A DNA stretch of 43,772 nt from a virus (taxonomy: Duplodnaviria; Caudoviricetes): IMG/VR virus record IMGVR_UViG_3300024284_000009, positions 1 through 43,772 of that record; one strand, written 5' to 3'. Of this stretch, positions 22,901-31,924 are shown in pieces. The notes under the pieces were generated by a model, which searched no databases, was not told the DNA's origin, and worked only from the letters and a program-made list of their open reading frames with translations. Every line of letters begins with the position of its first letter. Positions within the stretch are counted from its first letter, which is position 1. The position numbers were made by a program, and so were the translations under genes.

Positions 22901-24583
22901 AGCCGCCGCCCCAGTGGCGATCCCATCGAGTTTGGTTTTGTCAGTGGTGGACAGAAACCCCGCGACCGCACCCGTAGCGGTGGCGTGCAGCGTTCCATCC
23001 GTTTGAGATCCGTGGGCGTGAACGTGGTCCGCGCGTGCAAGCGGGGTCGCTACACCCACGGTCCCCGCCGCGGCGATCGGTGCGGGGGTGGTGGAACTCA
23101 GGATCGTGGTCCATGCCGCGGCGGCGGTCCCAGTGGCCACCAGTGCTTGACCTGAGCTGGGCGCGGCGGCGGTGGCGATGGCCACGATGGTGGTCGCGGT
23201 GCGGAGCCCGCTCGCCGTGCGGTCATCGGAGAGCCGTGCGTCCGAGCCCTGGGCAAACGTCCCGCTGGTGGAACCAAACGCGGGGAGCGCGTGGGTGTGG
23301 TCGGATCGAGCGAGCGAGGTGGCGGAGCCCGCGGCATTCGAGCCGCCCACCGCGAGGGCCACGGGTGTCCCCGCGTTCACCTGGTGGGCGTGGTCGGACC
23401 GCGCAACGTCGGCAGCCACACCCGCGGAGCCGGGGGAGGCGATCGCAGCCTGGGGGATCGCGTTGCTCGGAGCGGCGGCTCCCGTGGCCACCCCATCGAG
23501 TTTGGTTTTGTCCGTGGCGGAGAGAAACCCAGCAACGGCCCCCGTGGCCACCGCGTGGAGCGTGCCATCCGTTTGAGCTCCGTGGGCGTGGGTGTGATCG
23601 GAGCGCGCGATCGTGGTGGCCGCACCCGTAGCTCCCGCGATCGCCACCTGGGGCGGCGGCGAGGCGGCGAGGTTGAGGGACTGCCACGCGGCGGCAGTGG
23701 GCGAGATCGCCACCAGGTATTGACCAGCGACGGGAGCCACCGCGGCGGACACATCCACCACCCCCGTGGTGTCGCGGAGCCCGCTCGCCGTCCGGTCATC
23801 GGAGAGCCGTGCATCCGAGCCCTGAGCGAAAGTCCCGCTGGTGGAGCCGAACGCGGGGAGCGCGTGGGTGTGGTCCGCTAACGCCACCGCGAAGCTGGTC
23901 CCCGCGGCGTTCGATCCGCCGGGGGTGAGGTTTGTGGGGGTGCCAACGGAGATCGAGTGCTGGTGATCGGAGCGTGCGGCGGTGGTGCCGATACCGGGGG
24001 CTTGGGCGAGATCCGCGCGGATGTTTGTGGGGATGTCCGTGAGCCCCGCGAGCCCCGCCGCCCCCGTGGCTACGGTGTCGAGTTTGGTTTTGTCCGCCGC
24101 TCCGAGGAAACCGCTCACGGTGGGCGTGGCAAGCCCAGGCATCGCGTGGGCGTGGTCGGACCTAGCCACCGTGATCGCCACCCCATCGCTCGCCGCCCCG
24201 CCCACTGCGAGCGCTACGGGGGACCCCGAGGGGTGGGCGTGAACGTGGTCCGCGCGTGCGAGCGAGGAGGAGGAGCCGATCCCCGCGCTCGCCCCGATCA
24301 CCACGGGAACTGGGGCGGCGGTAGCCACCAGGTGCGCATGGTCCCCGCGTGCAGCTTGCGGGCCCGTCCCTGGGGTGCCACTCGCCACGCTCACGGGGGC
24401 GGGTGTGACATCGCTCAGGGTGATCCCGAGCCCCGCGTCTACCCAGATCGCGTGATCACTCGCCACCGCCACCAGCACCGCACCGGGGTTAGGTGGCGCG
24501 GAGTCTCCGATCTGTACGGCCCCCGTGGAGGTTTTAAGTGCGGTGGCTGTGGTGCTCCCCGCGATCGCATCTAGAAAAGACAT
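19898..24583 (-). CDS. long repeat-rich tail fibre
   Basis: About 17 DHxH repeats, about 7 GFxSxxDKxKLD repeats, RITGVGDPTAAQDAVTRAY motif, VRLVATSNVGLSG...NGIY domain; follows the baseplate genes. Confidence 0.85.
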   Translation of the reverse strand: MSFLDAIAGSTTATALKTSTGAVQIGDSAPPNPGAVLVAVASDHAIWVDAGLGITLSDVTPAPVSVASGTPGTGPQAARGDHAHLVATAAPVPVVIGASAGIGSSSSLARADHVHAHPSGSPVALAVGGAASDGVAITVARSDHAHAMPGLATPTVSGFLGAADKTKLDTVATGAAGLAGLTDIPTNIRADLAQAPGIGTTAARSDHQHSISVGTPTNLTPGGSNAAGTSFAVALADHTHALPAFGSTSGTFAQGSDARLSDDRTASGLRDTTGVVDVSAAVAPVAGQYLVAISPTAAAWQSLNLAASPPPQVAIAGATGAATTIARSDHTHAHGAQTDGTLHAVATGAVAGFLSATDKTKLDGVATGAAAPSNAIPQAAIASPGSAGVAADVARSDHAHQVNAGTPVALAVGGSNAAGSATSLARSDHTHALPAFGSTSGTFAQGSDARLSDDRTASGLRTATTIVAIATAAAPSSGQALVATGTAAAAWTTILSSTTPAPIAAAGTVGVATPLARADHVHAHGSQTDGTLHATATGAVAGFLSTTDKTKLDGIATGAAALASTLPAIVDTAAGDAGTGITGSRIDHRHQVSVGSPVALTVGGAGAAGSASTLVRSDHTHAMPGLVTPSVDGFSSAADKTKLNTIATGADVTLTALAAAATPIAVNAQRITGVGDPTAAQDAVTRAYLDLTVQTSDIKQSVRLVATSNVGLSGLAAVSGVTPAAGDRVGCVGQSVAANNGIYVAAAGAWSRATDADTSAKVTTGLMFYVSEGAAGEIATTWQLTTPQPITLGTTALTFQRIAGVADKIRLDAMADGAAAVGGSTPVSLDTTAGAVGAAVTASRSDHRHAVLVATPASLTMGAASSAGASTSLVRADHIHALPAAGTPVALTLAGANAAGSAATLALSDHTHALPATAAPVALTVGGASAAGVAVTIPRSDHAHAMPALVTTAVDGFMSAADKTRLDGMATGAAALASTAPVAVGVANTVGVGTTAARADHAHDHGAQTAGGLHAVASQTVAGFMSATDKTALDKLTTGAVVEISARLATATTLPAYTATTITTNQPRLTANANGALSIDGVAIALGNLVLVLFEAAANCGLYEAMAPGSVGTPWQLDLRLSGAYLGAYANLLNGATFIVRTGPAGVAYCNREFRPVAGASGLFAENPGAPQIWPRDTVAPTTIYPGWIYNVSSLVTGANASLTLVSPPSSEQVLRGVVFGLDTETDNGFTVTITPTSPSHIQPPYSAGGVWPTSATFKLTTNSSVQWVCGRGNSSYNPDSPYWKPVADTGLAAPALAIDAGTSVRIQGSAPAAGSALIATGAATAAFSAPGLPASLSIGSAQFAGSANTHPRSDHVHAMPALASTSVDGFMAASDRLLLSRAPAIDQDVRKGFRSVLPADIYSPFTIVKDNIHWIYIGQVLSPQIVKSISTYMIAAGSGAQSAQACVASSPLQPNGTGQTLTVLFVFDTLDLFNTGPNSRKGTTNPSQSSSIAAGTFLWVGLRVSLATTQPTTLAVRGDNQMGLTLQTSGVSSAITTTTYAGSVPSPADWQAPDLCCLLA

Positions 24584-24591
24584 TGTGTCAC

Positions 24592-25305
24592 CTAATAGTT
24601 GCGTGGTCCGGGATCTACGAAACTGTAATCAAGCGCGAAAACGCGAAGGGTACACCCTGCACCACTGTCAGATTCACACATGAGTGCGATCTCATACGTC
24701 TCATCTTTGGACACTGCGAGATTACCGAATGACCGCGTTCTATTTGCGGCATTCGGACCAGCAGTGAGAGTCTCAGCGTTTGAGTCAACAATCGTGTGGG
24801 TGGGGACGCCTGTACTGGCAAAGTCTATCGCGTGGCGCTGCATCAGCCGGACCGTGTAATGCACGTTAGAACCTGCACCGCCTGAGAACGCCACTAGCTT
24901 GATCCGCACCGCCCCGAGCGTCCCCCCGTGAGGTGCGCTCACGACAAATACACGCTCAGCCCCTGGGGAAAGCTCTTGATACTGTCCGTGCAGGATCGAG
25001 CCTCCACCCTGCGCAACGCTGATCGCCTTCGTAATCGTTGGAGGTGTTTGATACTTGAAAGCGCCGCTGGTCACCACATCGGCGGCTGCAACAATATTGG
25101 CCGTGAACGTGTTGAGCTGTGTGAACGTGTTTGGTGCATTCACCTGGGCGGCGTGGTCCGTGTATGTCTTGAGAAACGCGGAGCGGTTTGTGAGCTTTTG
25201 AGTGAGAGCCTCCACCACCTCCGCCGCATCCGCGCGTGAGTCCGTTCCCTCGGGGACAGTGATATCAGGATCAAACGATGGGGATTCTGTGAGGATCTTA
25301 GCCAT
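24592..25305 (-). CDS. tail/baseplate-associated structural protein
   Basis: Position between baseplate and fibre; QKLTNRSAFLK and NTFTQLNTF fibre-like motifs. Confidence 0.6.
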   Translation of the reverse strand: MAKILTESPSFDPDITVPEGTDSRADAAEVVEALTQKLTNRSAFLKTYTDHAAQVNAPNTFTQLNTFTANIVAAADVVTSGAFKYQTPPTITKAISVAQGGGSILHGQYQELSPGAERVFVVSAPHGGTLGAVRIKLVAFSGGAGSNVHYTVRLMQRHAIDFASTGVPTHTIVDSNAETLTAGPNAANRTRSFGNLAVSKDETYEIALMCESDSGAGCTLRVFALDYSFVDPGPRNY

Positions 25306-25309
25306 GGTA

Positions 25310-25978
25310 TCAGCCCGTAGAAACAGGGATATTGATCACGATGTCTGCGGTGTCCCAGGTCCCTGACTCGTTCCAGGTGTTTTCCGGGGGGTAATCCCAG
25401 AGCTCCGCCCCCGAGGGGATCACCTTTACCGATCCGAGGATGTGAGCCGCTATCCAGTCCCGCGGAATGATCACCACATCCACGGGGTCAATCACATCGT
25501 CGGTATAATAGAGTAGCTCCCATGCGGCCCACTGGGCGGTGCTCGGGAACCCCGCCACCGCGCGCGTAATGGTGCCATCGGGAGCCATGAGAAACCGCAT
25601 CCCGGAGCGGTAGACCAAATGAATGGGGAAGCTGTTAGGCGCGTAGTGATACCAGAGTTGGTTGAGCAGTGCGTAAGGTCCCCCGCGCGTGGCGTGATCT
25701 GTCCACCAGCGCGTGAGCCGTTGCGCGTAGTTCTCATCCGCCTCATACAGCCCGCGGCGGATCCGTCGCTCCGCCCCGATGAGCCCCAGCGATTCCATAC
25801 TGTAGACACCGGGAAACCTGAGCTTGACCCCCGCCACGATGCCATCACCCAGCGCGTCAAGCTGCACCGCGATCGCATAGAGCAGCTTTTCCGCGATCCC
25901 ATGCTGCAACCACGGGGGCGCGGATTTGCGGATCGTATCCCGGTGGGTGACGATGATGGCATCGGGGAGCGTGGTCAC
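25310..25978 (-). CDS. baseplate wedge protein (P2 gpI / Mu gp48-like)
   Basis: LGLIGAERRIRRGLYEADENYAQRL motif; follows baseplate J; GTGA overlap start. Confidence 0.65.
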   Translation of the reverse strand: MTTLPDAIIVTHRDTIRKSAPPWLQHGIAEKLLYAIAVQLDALGDGIVAGVKLRFPGVYSMESLGLIGAERRIRRGLYEADENYAQRLTRWWTDHATRGGPYALLNQLWYHYAPNSFPIHLVYRSGMRFLMAPDGTITRAVAGFPSTAQWAAWELLYYTDDVIDPVDVVIIPRDWIAAHILGSVKVIPSGAELWDYPPENTWNESGTWDTADIVINIPVSTG

Positions 25979-27126
25979 GCGCGGTACCCCTGGGGCGGTG
26001 GGACCTGGGTGATTGTCCAAGTGGTCCCCGCAGCGATGAGCACTTCCGTGGGGGCGAGCGCGGTGTCCCCCGTGGGGGCGCTCATCGCCACGTGATAGAT
26101 CTGGGGGAGCGTATCGAACACCGCCGCGCGGATCGCATCGAGGTACACCACCCCGAGGTTTCCGCCCACGGGCTGGGCGTTCACGAATGCAATCACGGCT
26201 GCGTCTAACATCGCCTCAATCTCCGCTACCGTTAGACCCGAGGTGTTATACATGAACACCTCCGCAGCCACCGCGAGCGGGACCCCCGTGGAACTCAACA
26301 CAATCGCGGTGATTCCCTGGGGAGCCGCCCACTGTTGCACCGCCTCATCCGCGAACGGGAGATCCGCGGGTGGAACCTCGCCCCCCGCGGTGGCGCAATA
26401 TACATACAGCCGTCCGTATCCATCGGGGACCAAACGGATCCGCGTGATGCCTAGTGAGGTTCCATCCGCGCGGGTGGCGTTGCGGAGCGCGGAGCCGTAG
26501 GCATCCCACGGTCCCATGGGGCTGAGCGCGCCCAGTTTCTCCGCGCATCGCAGCTTAAGCGCATCGTCTGACTCATCGTTTGCACCCACTATCGCCGCGT
26601 CATTGACTGCGATGACACCTACTAGCGGTGTGACTAGCTTTGTGACATCTCCCGCGGGGGCGGTGGATGCAGCTCCCGGATCGGTCGCTACAATCGACAC
26701 ATCCAGGGATGACACGGGTGGGAGGAAAAACGCGGCTATGTTGCGGTAGGTGTGTCCGGTGGAGGTGCTCGCCACGATGAGATCCCCCGCATCCACGCTG
26801 TAAACCCCGCCCCCCGCGTTTGTGAGTGTCACCACCCCCGATGCATAAGACGCCTCGATCCGCTCCACCCCGTACACGTAGCGAGCCACCAGCGTGAGCC
26901 ACGGTCCCACGCTCAACGCGAGAAACCCCGATCGCGAGATGTCCGCCGCTAGCACCGTAAACGCGCTCATGACCAGTGATGCACCCACGATCATGGTCCG
27001 CACCACGGACCCCGATAGCCACGCAGTGGTGTTGACCCCCAGGGCGGCGAGCACCTTGTAAATGGATGCCTGCACCTCCTCCCGCGTCATGGGGGTGGTG
27101 AGATCCTCGATGGTGGATTTAGCCAT
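25975..27126 (-). CDS. baseplate J-like protein
   Basis: GSVVRTM, WLTLVARYVYGVERIEASYASG, GANDESDDALKLR. Confidence 0.85.
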   Translation of the reverse strand: MAKSTIEDLTTPMTREEVQASIYKVLAALGVNTTAWLSGSVVRTMIVGASLVMSAFTVLAADISRSGFLALSVGPWLTLVARYVYGVERIEASYASGVVTLTNAGGGVYSVDAGDLIVASTSTGHTYRNIAAFFLPPVSSLDVSIVATDPGAASTAPAGDVTKLVTPLVGVIAVNDAAIVGANDESDDALKLRCAEKLGALSPMGPWDAYGSALRNATRADGTSLGITRIRLVPDGYGRLYVYCATAGGEVPPADLPFADEAVQQWAAPQGITAIVLSSTGVPLAVAAEVFMYNTSGLTVAEIEAMLDAAVIAFVNAQPVGGNLGVVYLDAIRAAVFDTLPQIYHVAMSAPTGDTALAPTEVLIAAGTTWTITQVPPPQGYRA

Positions 27127-27598
27127 TGCGATTGATGCTCCCTAACAGTTGCACACCATCCCCTGTCACGAAAAACACCAGATCATACGGGGTGGAGGTG
27201 GGATCGCTAAGTGTGAGGGTGAGCGACACGGATATCATTCGAGTGTCAAACGACAGATCCGCCACCGCATCGAGCACACGCTCATCCTTCACCGCCTCCG
27301 CGCGGATCTGTCCGCTGAGCTGGGTGATCGTTTCGTCTGTGCTCCCGTGGTTCACGTAACCACGCAAGTCAAACCCGTAGTTAGCATCATCGATTACACC
27401 GCCGCGCGGGGTGATATATCTCCGCACCACCGCTTGTCCCACCGCGGTGGGCTTGCTGGGGTCCACCTCATCCATGCGCTCCGTCACATCAGTCACGCAT
27501 GACAGATCCACGCCCCAGCCCAGGGCGAGCGGGGCGGTGCGGGGGAGCACGGGGAGCGCGGCGAGTTGCAACGCGATCTGGTCTGAAACAACGCTCAC
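27119..27598 (-). CDS. baseplate wedge/sheath initiator (gp25 / Mu gp46-like)
   Basis: RRYITPRG...DANYGFDL...AVKDERV; GTGA overlap start. Confidence 0.7.
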   Translation of the reverse strand: MSVVSDQIALQLAALPVLPRTAPLALGWGVDLSCVTDVTERMDEVDPSKPTAVGQAVVRRYITPRGGVIDDANYGFDLRGYVNHGSTDETITQLSGQIRAEAVKDERVLDAVADLSFDTRMISVSLTLTLSDPTSTPYDLVFFVTGDGVQLLGSINRNG

Positions 27599-28809
27599 GG
27601 GGGCGGATCCTCCACGGGTGGATGGGGCGGAGCGATCTTGACGATGGAGCTCCCCGCGGTGATTTTGCCGGTGGCCTTCGTGGTGCTGGGCGTGGGGCTC
27701 CACACGATCGGATCGCCCCCCGCGGTCCCGCTCGGGAGTGTCACCTCCACCGCGTCCCCTTGGCGCGCTGCGGGCTCACCCATGGGACCCCCGAGCACCA
27801 GCACCTGGGGCTGAAACCCGCCCGCCCCATACGGAGCCCACGCGAGCACCACGGGCTGGGCGCGGTCCCCCTCGATGAATCCCACCAGACACTCCGAGCC
27901 CAGCGCCACGGTCCCCCAGGCCCCTGGGATCCCAGGCCACGCAGTGATCGGGGCTAGGTCCGGCAACCCCGCCGCCGCTCGCACCGCTTGCAGGCTCACG
28001 CGCCCATCCGTCCCCTGTGACACCACCCGATACTTAAACAGCCCGTGCTCACGCCCATCCGTCGCACGCTGGGCGATGGTGGTGAGCAGCCCCGCGAGCC
28101 TCCCAGGCTGCGAGCCCGCACCGCCCAGCCACGCCACGATCTTGAGCGCTCCCTCGCCGCCGATCTGCCATTCGAGTTCACGCACCACCCCCGGTGCATC
28201 AAGCCCCTGGGTGAGCGTGGCGGCGATGGGGACCGCGGTGGGCTCCGCAGCATCCAGCACCGCCACGCGCTCCGCGGGATCGTATGAGAGCACCTCATAG
28301 GCGGTGGCGGGCGGGGCGGTGGCTGGGCGCGGGCCCACTTGCGTCACCCCATCGAAGTCCACCCACCACGGGATCCCCTCGCCGCCGATCGCATCGGTTA
28401 GCGCGCGGGACGCCCACCCAGCGCGGCGAGCATAGTCCGCCCCGATGCGCTCAGCGCGCGGGATGAATCCCCCGAGCCGCTCCCCCGTGGCGCGGAGTAG
28501 ATCCTCCACCACCAGCCGCGCTTTCACCCCTAGATCGTTGTGATAGCCCTGGGCGGCGAGGTTGTTAGACCAGCCCCCAGCCCCCGCCACGATCCGCGCG
28601 CTGCGGGTGAGTGCTTGCGTCCCATCGGACTGGGCAACCAGTGTGCCCACTAGGCGCGTGTGATCGCCTATCGCGAGGGTGATCGCGTACGGCTCCGTGG
28701 GGAGCGGCTCCGCGGTGGAGACTTTTACCTCCGCATGCCACGGTCCCTGATAGCCAATCACCACGCGCATCGTGGTGCAATCTCGCCCCGCTACTGTGAC
28801 ATAGCTCAT
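27595..28809 (-). CDS. baseplate hub fused to spike OB-fold (VgrG-like organisation)
   Basis: WWVDFDGVTQVG hub motif; C-terminal YRVVSQ..GRVSLQ...PG...GSECLVGFIEGDRAQPVVL gp5/gpV OB-fold. Confidence 0.65.
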   Translation of the reverse strand: MSYVTVAGRDCTTMRVVIGYQGPWHAEVKVSTAEPLPTEPYAITLAIGDHTRLVGTLVAQSDGTQALTRSARIVAGAGGWSNNLAAQGYHNDLGVKARLVVEDLLRATGERLGGFIPRAERIGADYARRAGWASRALTDAIGGEGIPWWVDFDGVTQVGPRPATAPPATAYEVLSYDPAERVAVLDAAEPTAVPIAATLTQGLDAPGVVRELEWQIGGEGALKIVAWLGGAGSQPGRLAGLLTTIAQRATDGREHGLFKYRVVSQGTDGRVSLQAVRAAAGLPDLAPITAWPGIPGAWGTVALGSECLVGFIEGDRAQPVVLAWAPYGAGGFQPQVLVLGGPMGEPAARQGDAVEVTLPSGTAGGDPIVWSPTPSTTKATGKITAGSSIVKIAPPHPPVEDPPP

Positions 28810-29330
28810 GGATTACCGGGATCCTCCGCGAGCGCATCGCGTTGCTGTGTGAGTGCCCCGATATAGTCATCGCGGGGATCGGTGGGGGTAGCCTCCGCTG
28901 CATCGGGTTTGCCCACGGACTTTTTATGGACGCGAGACTCAATGCATTGAATCTCAATGATCCACACACCATCCTCCTCCTGTGAGGGCTGGTGCACCTC
29001 CTCGATTACACAGTGATGAATCCCCACCTCATCGAGTTGCGGGTGATAAATATCCAGCGTGCGAGCGGTGGGCCCGATCGGAGCCTGCATCACCAGCGGG
29101 CGGAACTTTGCCCAGTCTATCCAGTCCTTATCCGTGAGGAGCTTAAGCCGGATGGTGAAGTGGGAGAGCTTGATCCCGCGGTAGACCAGCAGAGCCCCGC
29201 TCATCGCGTAGCCCGCGAGTTCATCCCACTTACGTCCGCTTGACGCCCCCACGATCTCACACAGCCCAGGGGATACCACTCCCTTGAGCTTGAGCTTGTC
29301 CGTGGGCTGGGTGAGGGGATTCCAGCTCAC
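28806..29330 (-). CDS. tail tube initiator / distal tail protein
   Basis: Position right after the tape measure gene, beta-rich, 4-bp overlaps. Confidence 0.55.
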   Translation of the reverse strand: MSWNPLTQPTDKLKLKGVVSPGLCEIVGASSGRKWDELAGYAMSGALLVYRGIKLSHFTIRLKLLTDKDWIDWAKFRPLVMQAPIGPTARTLDIYHPQLDEVGIHHCVIEEVHQPSQEEDGVWIIEIQCIESRVHKKSVGKPDAAEATPTDPRDDYIGALTQQRDALAEDPGNP

Positions 29331-31306
29331 GGAGCCCCACCAGCCCCCGCGGGCTCGGGAGCTCCGAGCTGCATAGCCACCCCTTGGAGGATGCGCTCTA
29401 GTTCGCGCTTGATCCCCTCCGCGAGATCGCGCGCATTGCCGCCCGCTCCGCCCATGTTGATCACGATCTCACCGATCGACACGCCCCCGCCCAGCCCGCC
29501 ACCACCGCCGCCACGGGGTCCCGCGGGAGTTGCCGCAGCCGCCGCCACGGAGCCCTGGGCCTGATCGGCGTTAGAGTCCACACCGATCTTGAGCCCCAGC
29601 GCGATGTCTTTGCCAAACTGTTCAAACACCTTAGAGGGGCTGTGCGCTTCGATCTCTTTGGCAAAGTTGGTTTTGATGTCTTTTCCGAGGGTGGCGAAGT
29701 ATTCGCCCACGGACTTTAGAGGGCCCAACAAGCCGTCTCGGATGGATCTCCCGAGTGCAGCCCAGTCCGTGTTTACCAGGAATCCGATCGCACTACTGAT
29801 CGTGGTGAATGCGATCCCCAGCGCTGCGAGCGGGGCGAGGATCGGCGCGAGTAGCGCGGCAAAACCGCCGCCCACGCCGCCCAGGGATTTGCCAAGCGAT
29901 TTGATCCCCTTCATTAGATTGTCGAATGACTTAGTCCAGTCCCCGCGAAACGCTGAGCGGATCGCGTTGCGGATCCCGAGGTAGGCGATCTGTAGCTGTA
30001 GAGCCTCAATGATCGCCTCTTGAAACAACCATTTGAGCGCGCGCTTTGCCACCGTGGCCCCATTCACCAGGGGCTGCACCACACCTGACAACAGCTTGCG
30101 GAGTGCTTTGCCTGCATACGTTTGCGTGCTCCACATTTCATTGAGCCCACGCTCCGCCTTTTGATACCCGCTGATATCCACATCATCGAACAGTGAGGCT
30201 TGAGATTCTTTGAGTTTCTCAGCCTGCACATTGATGTCATTCATTTGGGCGCGAACCACGCCCCCGAACTGTCCCTTCACCCGCTGAGCTAGGCGGTCCA
30301 CATTGCCACCCGTAACAGCCACCGCACCCGCGAAATTCTTAAACGCGTTCGCCTGCTCCTCACCCGCCGCGCTCGCCACGATCGCGGTCCCTTGGAGTGC
30401 GGAGCGGAGTTTGTCTTGACGCGCACCAGCCATGTACAGATCGCGCGCGTACTGAGCCACGCGATCACGGCTGATAGACACGGAGGCGGACACCTCATCG
30501 ATCGTCTTTTGAAGGTCCGTGGCTTTATCCGCGCCGATCCCATAGGTCATCGTGAGCGCGGTGCGGATCTTCGTGAGCCCCTCTAGTTGCAACAGCTGGG
30601 CCTTACGTGCGTTCGCGCTCGCGATCGCCAAGTGGGTGAGGGATGCGATCGCTTTTCCCGCCGCCACGCCGATCGCCACCAGGGCGGCGGCGAGTGCAGC
30701 TCCGAGCACCACGGGGTTGCTGAGGAGCTGGGGGAGCTTTGTGAGCCATCCAGCGAGGGAGGACAGTGGCCCGCCACCTGAGCTGAGCCCCTTCGTTACG
30801 TCGCCCAGCTTCGCAAACTGGGCGGTGAGCTTGCCCAGCACGCCCCCGTCACTCGGGAGCGCGGGGGGCTTAACGGTTTCTTGTTTGGGGAGTTTTGGAG
30901 GCTTGGGAACCTTGGCAAAGGTATCCCCGAGCCCCACGCGCTTAGCGGTGTTTCGCGCCACGCGATCCTGGGCGGCGGCGATCTCATCCCCGAGCCGTTT
31001 GATCTCCGCCGCGTTCGGAGCTTTCGCCCCGGATAGCTCCTCGATGGATGCGCGGAGGGATTTGAACTGAGCGGCGTTTTGGGGGGTTTCTTTCCCGAGG
31101 GCCTTGAGCTGGGTTTGAAACTGTTTGATCGAGGCATCGTTAGGAGCCTTGAGCCCCTTCATTGCCTTTTGCATGTTCGCGATCGCTGCGGTGTCTGCAT
31201 CGATCTCTTTTTTGAGCTCCGCAAGCGCGTTCGCGGCGGACTCAGCGGGGCCACTGACCCCGTCCTCCATCTTGACGCCAAATGAGACTGTGGTGCTATC
31301 AGACAC
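29327..31306 (-). CDS. tape measure protein
   Basis: Long Ala/Gly/Lys-rich helical ORF with hydrophobic segments and IEAHSPSKVF motif, after the tail chaperone. Confidence 0.85.
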   Translation of the reverse strand: MSDSTTVSFGVKMEDGVSGPAESAANALAELKKEIDADTAAIANMQKAMKGLKAPNDASIKQFQTQLKALGKETPQNAAQFKSLRASIEELSGAKAPNAAEIKRLGDEIAAAQDRVARNTAKRVGLGDTFAKVPKPPKLPKQETVKPPALPSDGGVLGKLTAQFAKLGDVTKGLSSGGGPLSSLAGWLTKLPQLLSNPVVLGAALAAALVAIGVAAGKAIASLTHLAIASANARKAQLLQLEGLTKIRTALTMTYGIGADKATDLQKTIDEVSASVSISRDRVAQYARDLYMAGARQDKLRSALQGTAIVASAAGEEQANAFKNFAGAVAVTGGNVDRLAQRVKGQFGGVVRAQMNDINVQAEKLKESQASLFDDVDISGYQKAERGLNEMWSTQTYAGKALRKLLSGVVQPLVNGATVAKRALKWLFQEAIIEALQLQIAYLGIRNAIRSAFRGDWTKSFDNLMKGIKSLGKSLGGVGGGFAALLAPILAPLAALGIAFTTISSAIGFLVNTDWAALGRSIRDGLLGPLKSVGEYFATLGKDIKTNFAKEIEAHSPSKVFEQFGKDIALGLKIGVDSNADQAQGSVAAAAATPAGPRGGGGGGLGGGVSIGEIVINMGGAGGNARDLAEGIKRELERILQGVAMQLGAPEPAGAGGAP

Positions 31307-31505
31307 GGGATCCGCCTCCTAACGCCGCCTCCACCACTCGCCGCAACCGTCTCAGCTCCCTTACACCCTCAAGAAACAGCATCGCCCCCGTGTATCGCCT
31401 CGCGGATGTGTCCAGGGATTCCACCTCGCCTCGCCCCATCGCCGCGAGGATGCACGCCACCGCGGTCCCATCATCCTCACGTGTCTCCCGATAGAGCGCG
31501 TCTAT
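31299..31505 (-). CDS. tail assembly chaperone -1 frameshift extension (GT-like)
   Basis: GCA-AAA-TAG slip site; the -1 frame stays open for 68 codons (IDALYRETRE...GGGSRV) up to the tape measure start. Confidence 0.7.
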   Translation of the reverse strand: MDALYRETREDDGTAVACILAAMGRGEVESLDTSARRYTGAMLFLEGVRELRRLRRVVEAALGGGSRV

Positions 31506-31924
31506 TTTGCTTGGAGAGCTTTCTTACGGTGCCCAGCCAACTCAACCACCGTGTTTGCAAGCTCCACCAGCGCCCCAGGCTGAGCCTCTAACATCCGCGT
31601 GAGCTCCGCGGCGGAGGGGTACAGCAGACACTTTTTCACCAGCTCAATCGTTTGGGCGGAGTCCACTCCCTCCGCGTCCTGAAACTTCCGATAGGCCGCA
31701 ACGTGTGGACACCGCAGCACCACGGGGCCCTCATCTGTGACCACCATCGCCACGCGCTTAGCCCCGTGCTGGCGCTGAGCGGCGGTGAGTGCCTCCTCCG
31801 CGGCGAGCGCGCGCTGTTCCTTCGTAAGCTGCTCATCGGGTGAGCCCGCGAGGAGCTCCTCACGCTCCGCGGCGAGCGCTGCGCGGCGAGCGCGGATCTC
31901 CGCGAGTTGTTCCTCCACGCTCAT
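31502..31924 (-). CDS. tail assembly chaperone
   Basis: 140 aa between tube and tape measure genes, followed by an open -1 frame. Confidence 0.75.
   Translation of the reverse strand: MSVEEQLAEIRARRAALAAEREELLAGSPDEQLTKEQRALAAEEALTAAQRQHGAKRVAMVVTDEGPVVLRCPHVAAYRKFQDAEGVDSAQTIELVKKCLLYPSAAELTRMLEAQPGALVELANTVVELAGHRKKALQAK

Noticed and set aside
19898-24583. Diversity-generating retroelement or invertible fibre tips
   Set aside because: No reverse transcriptase or serine invertase; the internal repeats are in-frame coding duplications without adenine-specific differences that I could see
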